Of a stretch of 64,000 bases of DNA, positions 42,583 through 51,907 are shown piece by piece. The notes under the pieces are model-generated. The model was not told the origin of the DNA, did not search any database, and was given only the letters and a program-made list of their open reading frames with translations. A program made the translations under genes and the position numbers. The DNA comes from Candidatus Wallbacteria bacterium (lineage in GTDB: Bacteria; Muiribacteriota; UBA6191; JACPRK01). The stretch lies in NCBI GenBank assembly GCA_016213845.1, contig JACQZN010000082.1:32431-96430 (forward strand), read 5' to 3'. Within the stretch, counting starts at the first letter, position 1, and the number at the start of each line of letters is the position of its first letter.

Positions 42583-45351
42583 CTACCGCCAGGTCTCCGC
42601 GGCGGGATCGAAGACTCCCACCTCGAGCTGCTCCTGTCCCCGCCGCAGAACTGCCTTGCGTCCCTCGGTCACCAGCGTCGGCCGCCCCGAGGGGTCCAGG
42701 ATCTCCACTCGGCCGAAGGCTACGAGAATCGTGGTGGTTCCTGATTGATTTTCGACCGCGTAGAGCCCCCGCCAGCCACGAACCTTGGCACGGCCAAGCA
42801 AGAGGGTGACCTTTGGGCGTCCCCACTTCAGGTCGAAGACGACGCGGCCCTCGAGCCCGGAGAGCCGAACGCTGATGGAGTCCGGTTCCTCCGCGGCGGT
42901 CCGGAGCTCCTCGAGCTCGAAACCGCCGGCTGCGGGCAGGCCGATGACGTTGCCTTCCGGCCCCAGTCCGAGCCAGACGGCGCTGCCCGGATCGACCGAG
43001 AGGGACTGGCCTGCGGGGAGTTTGCGTTCGGGCGTCAGAGGCTGATCCGGGGGGCCGCCCTTGATGCGGAAGGTGCCTCGCATCGAGACGACTTTCAGCG
43101 CCATGGGGAGCCCAGTGGTCTCGACCGCGGCGGGGGCGTCCGGAGCGAGTGGCTCTAGTGAGTCCGAAGGTTTGCGTCCGAAGAAGAGGAAGAAGCAGAG
43201 CAGCCCGACGGCAATGCCTCCCGCAGCGGCGAGGAGGTGGCGCGAGCGTTTTCCGGGCGCGGCCATCTCGAGGCCTTCCAGTGCGGCCATTTCTCGCGTG
43301 GGCTTCGAGCGCGCGCGGCGGCCTGCCGCCGCCGGCCTGCGGCGGGATTCTTCGACCTGCGCCAGGACCTTCGCCGCGGACTCGCCGCCCAGGTCGTCGG
43401 CCTTCCAGCTCGATCGCGAGAGAACCACGGCATGCTCGTCGACGGCGGCAGGCTCGGCGGGCGGCGGCACCGTCAAACCCAGCTCGCGCCTCGAGAAGTC
43501 GAGGTACGCGGAGGTCTTGAGGTTTGCGCGGAGACGCTCCGCCAGGGGCGCCAGGCGAGGCGTATCGAGCAGTCGCTGGGAGATGAGCGCCATCTCTTCG
43601 AGCGCGTCGGCGGCGTAGACTTCGATGCCGGGGGAGGCCGCGAGATCTCTGGCGAGGGTCGGTACGCCGCCCGGATCTCCCCAGGTCCAGAGCGTCCGGG
43701 CCGCAGCCGCGCGGACGGCGGGTCGATCGTCGGAGAGCAGATGCTGGAGAGGCTCGGGGTCCGGTGACTGGGCGAACGTGAAGGCGAGGGCGTCGAGGGC
43801 TCCCAAGAGCGCGTCCGGGCCGGTGTCGGATCGTGAGAGCAGCTCGGAGACGTAGGCTCTGCAAGCTCGGGCCGTGAACCGCCCGAGTGCGCGGTGAGTG
43901 ATGCGCGCTGCCGGGCCGGGTGGCGCGCGCCGGGCTGCGGCAAGGGCCGCGGCCGCTGCCTCGGAGCTCTCCTGGGTCTCGGGCGAGGCGAGGATGCGGA
44001 CCGCATCCGAGACGATCGTGGGGTCTTCGTGCTCCACGAGGGCGAGCAGCAGCCGGGTGACCTCCGGGGTCTTCTCGTAGCAAGCCAGGGCCCGCGTGGC
44101 CTGGAGGCGCACGGCCTTGGCTGCGTCGGTGCGGATCAGGTGCTCCAGCACCTGCAGAGAGGACTTGCCGGGGTAGTAGCCCAGGCAATACGAGGCGGCG
44201 ATTCGTTCGTCCTCGTCGCCGTCGACGATCAGGTCGCGGATGGCGCGTCCGGCGCGGTGGTCGTCTGCGCCGATCAATCCCAGGATGGCCTGGGTGACGA
44301 CCTCCAGGCTATCGGACTTCAGGAGCGGGGCCAGCGTGCGCGCCCGGACGTCGGCCGGGAGATCGAGCTGGGCCAGGGCCGACACGGCCTGGGCGCGCAC
44401 CACCGAGGAGCCGGTCGCTCCCAGCTCCGACAGGCAGAGCTCGGCGGCCTGCGGGGTGCCGGCGGCAACCAGCGATCTGAGTGCGGCGGCGCGGACCAGC
44501 GGGTGGGTGTGGGCGCGGAGAGCGCGCGTTGCACAGTCGAATGCCAGCTCGGGGCGCGAGAGCCGTGCCGCCGACTCGAGGGCGTGGAGCGCGGCCCAGC
44601 CGCCGGCCTCCGAGAGCTGCGCGAGCGGCGCCGAAACGTCGAGCTTGCCGAAGCGGTCGAGGCAAGCGGCTGCCAGCCACTGGACGGTGGGGGAGCGGTG
44701 GTTCGCAGCGGCGCGGAGCAGGGCGAGCGACTCTTCGCAGGGCGCGTATCTGAGCGAAAGGATGAAATGAGGCTGTTCGCCCCCGGCCCACAGGCGCTCG
44801 ACGCGGCGGGCGAAGGCGGCCGGGTCGGCCAGCCCCGTGCAGCTGGAGAGGATCAGGGCTGCGTAGGGTGCGTCGTTGGGTTGCTCGAGGTGCGCTTCCA
44901 GGTGGCCGATGGCTGCCGAGTGGCGAAGGCGGCCCAGCGCTGCGAGGATGCGGCGGCGGCCTGAGCCGGAGGCGTCGCAGGAAGCGGCGACGGCCGGGGC
45001 GACGCAGGGCTCGAGCAAGTGCGAAGCGCTCCGTGAGACGGCCTCTCGCCCCTGGGCGGCGGCCGAATCGGGGGCTGCGGGCTTGGTCCGCGTCTTCACC
45101 AGGTGCGAGCGGACCGGGCCAGGTTCAGGCGCGTATCGCGCGCGTGCCTGCCGCGGCAACAGGTCCGTGAGCGCGCAGAAGAAGTGGTCGGGCAAGGTGC
45201 CCGCAGTCTGGAGCGCCGCCTGGCGAACGGTTTCCACGAGCTCTTCGCCGTCGAAGTGGAGCCGAACGCGCTCGAGGCGCCGAGCGACGAACGCTCGCCA
45301 GGCAGGGTCGGTTTGCGCGAGCCCCTCGAGAAGCTTGTCCTGCTGGCGCAC
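42583..45351 (-). CDS. HEAT-repeat (PBS-lyase-like) membrane protein with periplasmic FecR-like C-terminal domain
   Basis: Multiple xxVRxxAxxALxxxG HEAT units (LVRAAALRSLVAAG, VRAQAVSALAQL, AVRLQATRALAC). A TM helix LLAAAGGIAVGLLCFFLFF lies near aa 700. The C-terminal beta-rich region is FecR-like. Confidence 0.55.
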   Translation of the reverse strand: MRQQDKLLEGLAQTDPAWRAFVARRLERVRLHFDGEELVETVRQAALQTAGTLPDHFFCALTDLLPRQARARYAPEPGPVRSHLVKTRTKPAAPDSAAAQGREAVSRSASHLLEPCVAPAVAASCDASGSGRRRILAALGRLRHSAAIGHLEAHLEQPNDAPYAALILSSCTGLADPAAFARRVERLWAGGEQPHFILSLRYAPCEESLALLRAAANHRSPTVQWLAAACLDRFGKLDVSAPLAQLSEAGGWAALHALESAARLSRPELAFDCATRALRAHTHPLVRAAALRSLVAAGTPQAAELCLSELGATGSSVVRAQAVSALAQLDLPADVRARTLAPLLKSDSLEVVTQAILGLIGADDHRAGRAIRDLIVDGDEDERIAASYCLGYYPGKSSLQVLEHLIRTDAAKAVRLQATRALACYEKTPEVTRLLLALVEHEDPTIVSDAVRILASPETQESSEAAAAALAAARRAPPGPAARITHRALGRFTARACRAYVSELLSRSDTGPDALLGALDALAFTFAQSPDPEPLQHLLSDDRPAVRAAAARTLWTWGDPGGVPTLARDLAASPGIEVYAADALEEMALISQRLLDTPRLAPLAERLRANLKTSAYLDFSRRELGLTVPPPAEPAAVDEHAVVLSRSSWKADDLGGESAAKVLAQVEESRRRPAAAGRRARSKPTREMAALEGLEMAAPGKRSRHLLAAAGGIAVGLLCFFLFFGRKPSDSLEPLAPDAPAAVETTGLPMALKVVSMRGTFRIKGGPPDQPLTPERKLPAGQSLSVDPGSAVWLGLGPEGNVIGLPAAGGFELEELRTAAEEPDSISVRLSGLEGRVVFDLKWGRPKVTLLLGRAKVRGWRGLYAVENQSGTTTILVAFGRVEILDPSGRPTLVTEGRKAVLRRGQEQLEVGVFDPAAETWR

Positions 45352-45411
45352 GACCGGCTGTATAGCACACCGACCCAGGCGGTGAGCCGGTCAGCGCGCG
45401 GCGGAAGCATC

Positions 45412-45465
45412 GGTGGCGTCTACCTGTACCGGGTTTTCGAAAAACCCGGTACAGGTAGACGCCAC
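45412..45465. terminator. Perfect 54-bp palindrome (27-bp arms) with GGGTTTTT on both strands; bidirectional intrinsic terminator downstream of the WD40 gene
   Basis: gtggcgtctacctgtaccgggtttttc | gaaaaacccggtacaggtagacgccac, with no mismatches. Confidence 0.7.
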
Positions 45466-45481
45466 GGGATTTCGGGATTTC

Positions 45482-46510
45482 TCAGCGCGCGGCGGGCGGG
45501 ACGTCGGCGAAGCGCAGGATGCCCAGGAGGTTGACCACGGCGAGGCGGTCGCCAGCGCCGGACCACTCGATGCGGCCGATTGGCTCGTTGGGTCCGGGAA
45601 GTGTTGCCAGGATTCGGCGGGCCGGCACGTCCCAGATCTGGACGGTCCCGTCCACGCCGCCCGCGGCCAGCCGGTCATCGCCTCTCCAGCTCACGGCCGA
45701 GACCCGGTCCGCGTGGCCCGTCAGGCGGCCAGCCTCGCGGCCGTCGGGCATCCCGTAGAGAAGGGTGGTCTGGTATGCCGCCGCCGCCAGCATCTTGCCG
45801 GAGGCCGAGAACTCCAGGTCCTCGCAGGACCAGTTCATGCACGGCAGGCGGGCCTTCAGCTTGCCGCTGCTGGCGTCCCAGAGCGCTATGCCCAGGTTGA
45901 CCGCGTTGGTGTGGTGAGTGGCTATCGTGTCCAGGCCGGGCGAGAGCGCGCTGGCCGTGTAGAGGTCGGGAATCTCGCGCCGGGCCTTCGGTGCCTGGGG
46001 CTGACTCGGCGCCCAGAACTGCGCATCGTGTCCGAGGGCGAGGATCTGGCTCCCGTCGCCCGAGAACCGCAAGGAGACAGCGAACTCGGGCGTGGCCCCG
46101 AGATCTCGAGCGGCGGCTTCTGAGCCGAGCGAGTAGAGCCGGAGCCGGTCGGCGCTGGCTGCCAGCCACTTGCCGTCGCTCGACAGGGCCAGCGCTCGTA
46201 CGGCCCCTCCGAGCGTGTCCAGCTTCCGGCGGGTCGCCTGCGAGGGGACCTCCAGCAGTTCAACCGTCCCGTCCTTTCGCCCCACCACCAGCTCGCTACC
46301 GGCCGGCACGAACGTAATAGCAGATATCGGGCTCTCTCGCTTCATCGGTTGCGCGCCCGGCACGGCTGCCGGGGCCACCAGCGGCGATCTGAACGCGCCG
46401 CCGTGCACTCCCCAGGCGACGAAACCCACGACAATGGCGATCGGCACCAGCGGGTGGACCGGCCTGCTCAAGATGTCCTTGCCCCCCGAGTTTCCCCTCT
46501 CCTCGCTCAC
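45482..46510 (-). CDS. WD40/beta-propeller repeat protein with N-terminal TM anchor
   Basis: TM helix LVPIAIVVGFVAWGV. WD-like repeats (DGTVELLEV, SGDGSQILALGHD, DGTVQIWDV). Confidence 0.7.
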   Translation of the reverse strand: MSEERGNSGGKDILSRPVHPLVPIAIVVGFVAWGVHGGAFRSPLVAPAAVPGAQPMKRESPISAITFVPAGSELVVGRKDGTVELLEVPSQATRRKLDTLGGAVRALALSSDGKWLAASADRLRLYSLGSEAAARDLGATPEFAVSLRFSGDGSQILALGHDAQFWAPSQPQAPKARREIPDLYTASALSPGLDTIATHHTNAVNLGIALWDASSGKLKARLPCMNWSCEDLEFSASGKMLAAAAYQTTLLYGMPDGREAGRLTGHADRVSAVSWRGDDRLAAGGVDGTVQIWDVPARRILATLPGPNEPIGRIEWSGAGDRLAVVNLLGILRFADVPPAAR

Positions 46511-46550
46511 GGGGGGAAGGTTACCGCATTTGCCAGGCCATGCTCAACAG

Positions 46551-46703
46551 GGAGGAGTGAGGCTCGAGGCTCGAGGCTTGAGGAGTGAGGAGTGAGGCTC
46601 GAGGCTCGAGGCTTGAGGAGTGAGGCACGAGGCTTGAGGAGTGAGGCACGAGGCTTGAGGAGTGAGGCACGAGGCTTGAGGAGTGAGGCACGAGGCTTGA
46701 GGG
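46551..46703. repeat. Tandem array of 24-bp units GAGGAGTGAGGC(A/T)CGAGGCTTGAG (about 6 copies) followed by GGAAGATGGAAGG modules and, at 46853-46885, their reverse complement
   Basis: Direct reading. The units abut one another without spacers, so this is not CRISPR-like. Confidence 0.85.
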
Positions 46704-46879
46704 GGAAGATGGAAGGTAGAAGGTAGGCTCGGGATGGGGCAGGGGCCTCCATCGACCGGGTCAGGGTGAGCGCGACAGTGAAAGGCGGGTCCAGGTGGGC
46801 CATCGGAGCCTGCGGCGCCCTCCTTCTGATCACTGTCCAGTGTCTACGCCCCCTCCTTCCATCTTCCATCTTCCACCTT

Positions 46880-48184
46880 CTATCTTCGTCCCCCCTGCAG
46901 CCCCCACCCGAGCGCGTCGATGAGGATATCCGTTCCCTCCAGGCCCACCGATAGTCGCACCAGCTCGTCGGTGATTCCGCGGGAAAGCCGATCGGCCTGG
47001 GGGACGCCAGCGTGGGTCATCGAGGCGGGGTGCTCGATGTAGCTCACGGCACTGCCCAGGCTCACGGCAAGCTCCATGGGGGTGTCCTTGCGGGCGAAGA
47101 AGTTCATCAGGCGCCGGGCCGGCTTCATGCCGCCTCGCAGCTCGAAGGAGATCATCGCGCCACCCAGCCGCATCTGGCGCGCGGCCAGCGCGTGCTGCGG
47201 GTGCGAGGCCAGGCCCGGATAGTGGACCCGCTGCACCCGCGGATGCGCCTCCAGAAAGCGCGCGATCTCGAGCGCCGAGCGGCAGCTGGCTTCCATCCGG
47301 TGCCCCAGGTCCTGGACGCAGAGAGCATTGAGCCACGAGTCGAACGGGCTGGGCGTCGGACCGAAGTCCTTGTAGATGGGAAAGACGTGGTCCTGCATGA
47401 ACGAGAACGGCCCGAGCGCGCAGCCGGCGATCGACGCCGAGTGGCCGTTGACGTACTTCGTCAGGCTGTGCACCACGATGTCCGCTCCCAGGCGGAACGG
47501 CTGCTGCAAGTAGGGGCTGGCGAACGTGTTGTCGACGACCAGCGGCACGCGCCGCGCTTCGGCCGCCGCGGCGACCGCTGCCAGATCCGAGATCGCCAGA
47601 GTCGGATTGTCCGGCGACTCCAGATAGACGGCGACGACCCGAGGATTGGCCTCGAGGCACCGCTCCACTTCGGCGGCCTTGGTCACGTCGACCCAGTGCA
47701 CCTTCACGCCGAACCGCGCCTCCAGCGTGCGCAACAGGCTGTCGGTGCAGCCGTAGACGTTGCCCGCGATCAGCTCGTCTCCGGTCCGCACCAGCGCCAT
47801 CAGGACCGAGCTGATCGCCGCCATGCCGCTCGCGCACGCCAGCACGCCGATCGTGGGCGTCCGTTCGTCGGCGGCCAGCGCGTTGTCGATGATGTGCTGG
47901 CACTCCAGCTGGAACAGCACCCGCTCCAGGTGTTCCGTCGTCGGGTTCCCGAGCCGGGTGTAGATGCGCGCGAACGGCTTCTCGCCGCTCTTCGACACGC
48001 CCAGGAACCGCGCAGCGCCGTCGTCCACGCTGTGGAACGGGAACGTCGACGTCTGGTGGATGGCCGGCAGCCCCTTTCCGGCCGCCAGCGCGTGAAACCT
48101 CCCTGCCGCCAGCTGCAGTTCTGCCGCGGTGGCGTACTTCCGCTTTCTCTCGAGCCAGGCGTCGTACCAGGCATGGTGTGACAA
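46880..48184 (-). CDS. PLP-dependent transsulfuration-family enzyme (methionine gamma-lyase / cystathionine gamma-synthase / O-acetylhomoserine sulfhydrylase family)
   Basis: TTG start with a GGAGGGA RBS 5 nt upstream (MSHHAWYD). The PLP-lysine motif is SLTKYVNGHSASIAG. Motifs GNPT and DNTFASPY are also present. Confidence 0.75.
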   Translation of the reverse strand: MSHHAWYDAWLERKRKYATAAELQLAAGRFHALAAGKGLPAIHQTSTFPFHSVDDGAARFLGVSKSGEKPFARIYTRLGNPTTEHLERVLFQLECQHIIDNALAADERTPTIGVLACASGMAAISSVLMALVRTGDELIAGNVYGCTDSLLRTLEARFGVKVHWVDVTKAAEVERCLEANPRVVAVYLESPDNPTLAISDLAAVAAAAEARRVPLVVDNTFASPYLQQPFRLGADIVVHSLTKYVNGHSASIAGCALGPFSFMQDHVFPIYKDFGPTPSPFDSWLNALCVQDLGHRMEASCRSALEIARFLEAHPRVQRVHYPGLASHPQHALAARQMRLGGAMISFELRGGMKPARRLMNFFARKDTPMELAVSLGSAVSYIEHPASMTHAGVPQADRLSRGITDELVRLSVGLEGTDILIDALGWGLQGGRR

Positions 48185-48314
48185 GGCGTCCCTCCTCGTT
48201 CGAGCCGCGATTGCCGCAAGTCCGCTGCCAGCGACGCCCGGCCCCTTTCCCGCGCGGGCCTGATACCCTCTTTCCGGGGCGTCCGCGACCGCCACGCCCT
48301 CCAAGACTCCGGCC

Positions 48315-51134
48315 GTGAACTCCGCCAGAACCGCCCAGCTCTCCTCGTATCCAGCCGGTGCCTCGCGCGCCCCGGCCAAGTCCGGCGGCCACGTCGTAAT
48401 GCTCGGCCTCCTCGCCATGGCCGTGCTGGCCGGCTGTTCCTCCGAGGGAACCGGGTCCGCCGAGGAGCTGCTCCGCGCCGGGCCCGCCAAGATCGCCTCC
48501 ACGGTCGAGGCCTCCTGCGTCCTGGTACCCCGCTCCGAGAAGTGGGTCGCGGCCGCCTTTCCCGCCGTCATCGAGTGGCTGGCCCCCGAGGGAAGCCTGG
48601 TGAAGAGGGGCGAGCCGGTCTTTCGCCTGGACGCATCCGAAAACCGCCGTCTTCTTGCCGAGAAGCAGCGCGAACGGGAGCTGGCCGTGCTCGATCGCCA
48701 GGTGAAGGATCTGGAGCTCGACCAGGAGGAGTACGGCCTGAAGAACCGGCTCGAGTTCGGGCGCGGAGATCTGTCCGTGCTCGAGATCCAGCACGATCAG
48801 CTCGTGCACGGCGCCGACGCCGCCGAGCTGGTCCGCCTGGAGCTGGCCCGCGCCAACTCCGGCCGAGCGCTCGCGAACCTCCTGGCCGCGCGGCGCGAGA
48901 AGCAGCCGTTTGCGGTGAAGGGGTTCGTCTCAGCCGACGAGATGGCCACGCTGGCTGTCGACATCGCCCGGGAGGAGCTCGCCGGCCGAGTGCTCGAGCT
49001 GGAGGACCGGATGGCGCGCCGGGGCGGCAAGCCCGAGGAGATCGTCGCCGCGGCCCGAGAAGTAGCGCTCTCGAAGAGCGCCCTCGAGCTGGTGCGCGTG
49101 CGAGTCGAGACGTTTCAGGGGCGCCGTCGCGAGAACGCCGAGGAGCTGGTCACGAAGCTGGCCGGGCTCGATGCGGAGATCGCGCACCGCAAGGGGCTCC
49201 TGGCCCAGGCCGTGGCCACGGCTCCGCTCGACGGCGTGCTGGTCTACGGCGAGACTCACCTGGGCGGTGCCCGCGAGGAGAAGGTCCGGGCCGGCGCCCG
49301 CACGCACCAGGGCCGGCCGGTCGTGCAGGTTGCCCAGCCGGGCGAGCTCGATCTGGAGCTGGTGCTGGCCCATCGGGACGCGCTGACCGTGCGCCCGGGG
49401 CAGCCGGTCACCTTCGAGCTGGCCGCCTACCCGGGCAAGCGCTACTCCGCGCGCATCGTCAAGCTTCGCCAGGCGCTCTCGGGCACGCAGACGGAACGCT
49501 GGATCTTCCCCGTCGTGCCGGCGCTGAATGCCACGGCGCAGGTGCTCGAGCGCGACCCGCTCTTGCGGCTGGGGATGACGTGCCGCTCGAGAATCGCGTT
49601 GGAGCCTCGCGACGTCGCGCTCGCGATCCCGGCCGCGGCGGTGAGCGGCGGGCGCGTGCAGCTGGCAGGCGGCCAGTGGCGCGCGATCGAGACCGGCATC
49701 CAGGACCTGGACCGGATCGAGGTGTTGCGCGGCCTGGCTGGCGGGGAGCTGCTGCGGCCTCAGCAAGCAGTGGGCGGCGCGCAGGTCACGGCTCCCAGGC
49801 GCGTTCGGGTTCGCCGCGGACGGCTGAGGGTCACGAGCGACGCCAGCGGCCAGCTCGAGGCGGTCACGGTGCGGGACGTGATCGTGCGGGAGCTCGACGG
49901 GCAGGCGAAGGTGCTTTGGGTGGCTCGGGACGGGGCGGCTGTGAAGCGGGGCGAGGTCATCGCGCGGCTTGAGGAACAGGCGTTTCGGGATGCGCTCGCC
50001 GAGAAGAAGCTGGAGCTAGAGACGACCGAAAAGGAGCGCGCCGTGCAGCTCGCCGGCGCGAGGGCGCAGGCCGAGAAGCTCGGGGCCGAGCTGGCCGTGG
50101 CGCGCCAGGACCTGGAGCTGGCCACGCTCGAGCACGCGCTGACCGAGCGCGGCAAGTCGCCTCGCGAGCGAGCCGATCTCGAGCACGACCTTTCCCTGGC
50201 AACGCTCGACCTGGAGGCCGCGCAGTCGCGCCTGCAGGTCACGCTAGAGCTTGCGGCCAAGGGGCATGCGGCGGCCTCCGAAGTGAAGGAGTTGACGGCC
50301 AAGCGGGACGTGGCGGCCGCGGCCCGGGGGCTGGCGCAGGTGAAGGTCGAACTTGCCCGAGCGGGAGCGACGAGGGCCGAGCGCAAGAAGGCCGCTCTCC
50401 GGGTAGATAAGGCCCGCTTGAGCGTAGAGCTGGCGCGCCAGAAGCAGGAGACCGAGGCAAAGACTTCGCGGCTGGCGCTCTCGCGGATCGACCTGAAGCT
50501 CGCAGGACTGAAGCGAGAGGTGGACCGGCGCGCGTCGATGATGGCCAGCGCCACGGTCACGGCCCCGGCCAGTGGGACGGTCGTGCTGCTGGAGCACTGG
50601 GGCAGCTCCGGTCTGCAGAAGACGACGATCGGGGATTCGATCTCGGAGGGCGTGCCGTTCTTGCAGGTGGCCGATCTCTCGGAGTTCCGGGTCGTGGCGA
50701 CCGTGTCCGAGGGGGCGATAGCCGGCGTGAGGCCCGGGCTGGTAGCGCAGTTCTGGCACGTGCAGTCGCCCGGGCAGCGCTACGACGCCCGGGTGGAGCG
50801 GGTGGCGCCAATCGCGACGGAGCGGCGGCGGTTCTTCGGCTTCTTCTCAGGCGACCGGGTGTTCGAGGTGACGCTCTCGACCCGCGCGGCGAGCCTGAAG
50901 TTCCAGCCCGGAATGACCGTGGCCTGCGAGATCGAGACCGACGTCCTCGATGCGGCGCTGCTTGTGCCGTCCGAGGCGGTCTTCGCCGGCCCGGAGGGCA
51001 GCTTCGTGCGGCTGGCGGGAGGCGTCATCAGGCCGGTCACGGTGGTGGCTGTCGGGAAGGGCGAGGCCGCCGTGAAGGGTGAGCTCTCGGAGGGCACGGA
51101 GCTGGAGGCGCCGGCGCCGGAGGATGGCGCGTGA
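48315..51134 (+). CDS. Lipoprotein consisting of two complete HlyD/MacA-type membrane-fusion-protein units in tandem (939 aa)
   Basis: Lipobox LAGC (alternative start at 48399). Unit 1 (aa about 40-470) and unit 2 (aa about 480-939) each contain a lipoyl half, a long coiled-coil hairpin, a beta-barrel and an MP domain (e.g. VTAPASGTVVLLEHW...GMTVACEIE). The stop overlaps the MacB-like ATPase start. Confidence 0.7.
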   Translation: MNSARTAQLSSYPAGASRAPAKSGGHVVMLGLLAMAVLAGCSSEGTGSAEELLRAGPAKIASTVEASCVLVPRSEKWVAAAFPAVIEWLAPEGSLVKRGEPVFRLDASENRRLLAEKQRERELAVLDRQVKDLELDQEEYGLKNRLEFGRGDLSVLEIQHDQLVHGADAAELVRLELARANSGRALANLLAARREKQPFAVKGFVSADEMATLAVDIAREELAGRVLELEDRMARRGGKPEEIVAAAREVALSKSALELVRVRVETFQGRRRENAEELVTKLAGLDAEIAHRKGLLAQAVATAPLDGVLVYGETHLGGAREEKVRAGARTHQGRPVVQVAQPGELDLELVLAHRDALTVRPGQPVTFELAAYPGKRYSARIVKLRQALSGTQTERWIFPVVPALNATAQVLERDPLLRLGMTCRSRIALEPRDVALAIPAAAVSGGRVQLAGGQWRAIETGIQDLDRIEVLRGLAGGELLRPQQAVGGAQVTAPRRVRVRRGRLRVTSDASGQLEAVTVRDVIVRELDGQAKVLWVARDGAAVKRGEVIARLEEQAFRDALAEKKLELETTEKERAVQLAGARAQAEKLGAELAVARQDLELATLEHALTERGKSPRERADLEHDLSLATLDLEAAQSRLQVTLELAAKGHAAASEVKELTAKRDVAAAARGLAQVKVELARAGATRAERKKAALRVDKARLSVELARQKQETEAKTSRLALSRIDLKLAGLKREVDRRASMMASATVTAPASGTVVLLEHWGSSGLQKTTIGDSISEGVPFLQVADLSEFRVVATVSEGAIAGVRPGLVAQFWHVQSPGQRYDARVERVAPIATERRRFFGFFSGDRVFEVTLSTRAASLKFQPGMTVACEIETDVLDAALLVPSEAVFAGPEGSFVRLAGGVIRPVTVVAVGKGEAAVKGELSEGTELEAPAPEDGA

Positions 51135-51907
51135 GCCGGGCGCCGGCCGTGCGGGCGCGGGAGCTGGTACGCAGCTTCGAGCAGGCGGGGGGCACCCTGC
51201 GGGCGCTTGCGGGCGTGTCGCTGACCGTGGAAGCCGGCGAGTTCGTGAGCATCATGGGGCCCTCCGGCTCCGGCAAGTCGACGTTGCTCTACTGCCTGGG
51301 GTGTCTCGATCGGCCGACCGCCGGGACGATCGAGCTCGGCGGAGAGGCGGTGGAAGCGCTCGACGACCGGTCGCTCTCGGCGCTGCGAAACCGGCGGATC
51401 GGGTTCGTGTTCCAGTCGTTCAACCTGCTGCCCACGTCGACGCTGGCCGACAACGTGGGGCTTCCGATGGTCTACGCGGGACTCTCGCGCGCGCTGCGAA
51501 GGGAGCGCGCAGCGCTGCTGCTGGAGGCGGTGGGGCTGGGAAAGCGGCTCGACGACTATCCGACGCAGCTTTCGGGCGGTCAGGCCCAGCGCGTGGCGAT
51601 CGCGCGGGCGCTGGCCAACGGCCCGGCGGTGCTCCTGGCCGATGAGCCGACGGGCAACCTGGACAGCCACACGGGCCGCGAGGTGATGCGGCTCTTCGGC
51701 GAGTTGAACCGGCTGGGGCTGACGATCCTGATGGTGACGCACGATCCGCAGATCGCGCGGCACTCCAGGCGAATCGTCCGGGTGATGGACGGGGCGATCC
51801 TCGAGGACGTGCCGGTGCTGGACCCGATCCGGGAAGAGGGCTCGGAGGAGTCGAAGCGTCTTCGGGAGCTCGTGAGTCACTTCGGGTCCGGAGGGCCGGC
51901 CGCATGA
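51131..51907 (+). CDS. ABC transporter ATP-binding protein, MacB/LolD type
   Basis: Walker A GPSGSGKST, signature LSGGQAQRVAIARAL, Walker B LLADEPTGNLD. Confidence 0.9.
   Translation: MSRAPAVRARELVRSFEQAGGTLRALAGVSLTVEAGEFVSIMGPSGSGKSTLLYCLGCLDRPTAGTIELGGEAVEALDDRSLSALRNRRIGFVFQSFNLLPTSTLADNVGLPMVYAGLSRALRRERAALLLEAVGLGKRLDDYPTQLSGGQAQRVAIARALANGPAVLLADEPTGNLDSHTGREVMRLFGELNRLGLTILMVTHDPQIARHSRRIVRVMDGAILEDVPVLDPIREEGSEESKRLRELVSHFGSGGPAA

Noticed and set aside
46551-46703. CRISPR array
   Set aside because: The 24-bp units are directly tandem with no unique spacers. There are no cas genes in the window.
47012-48181. 389-aa plus-strand ORF
   Set aside because: It is antisense to the PLP-dependent transsulfuration gene, whose PLP-lysine motif is clear on the minus strand.
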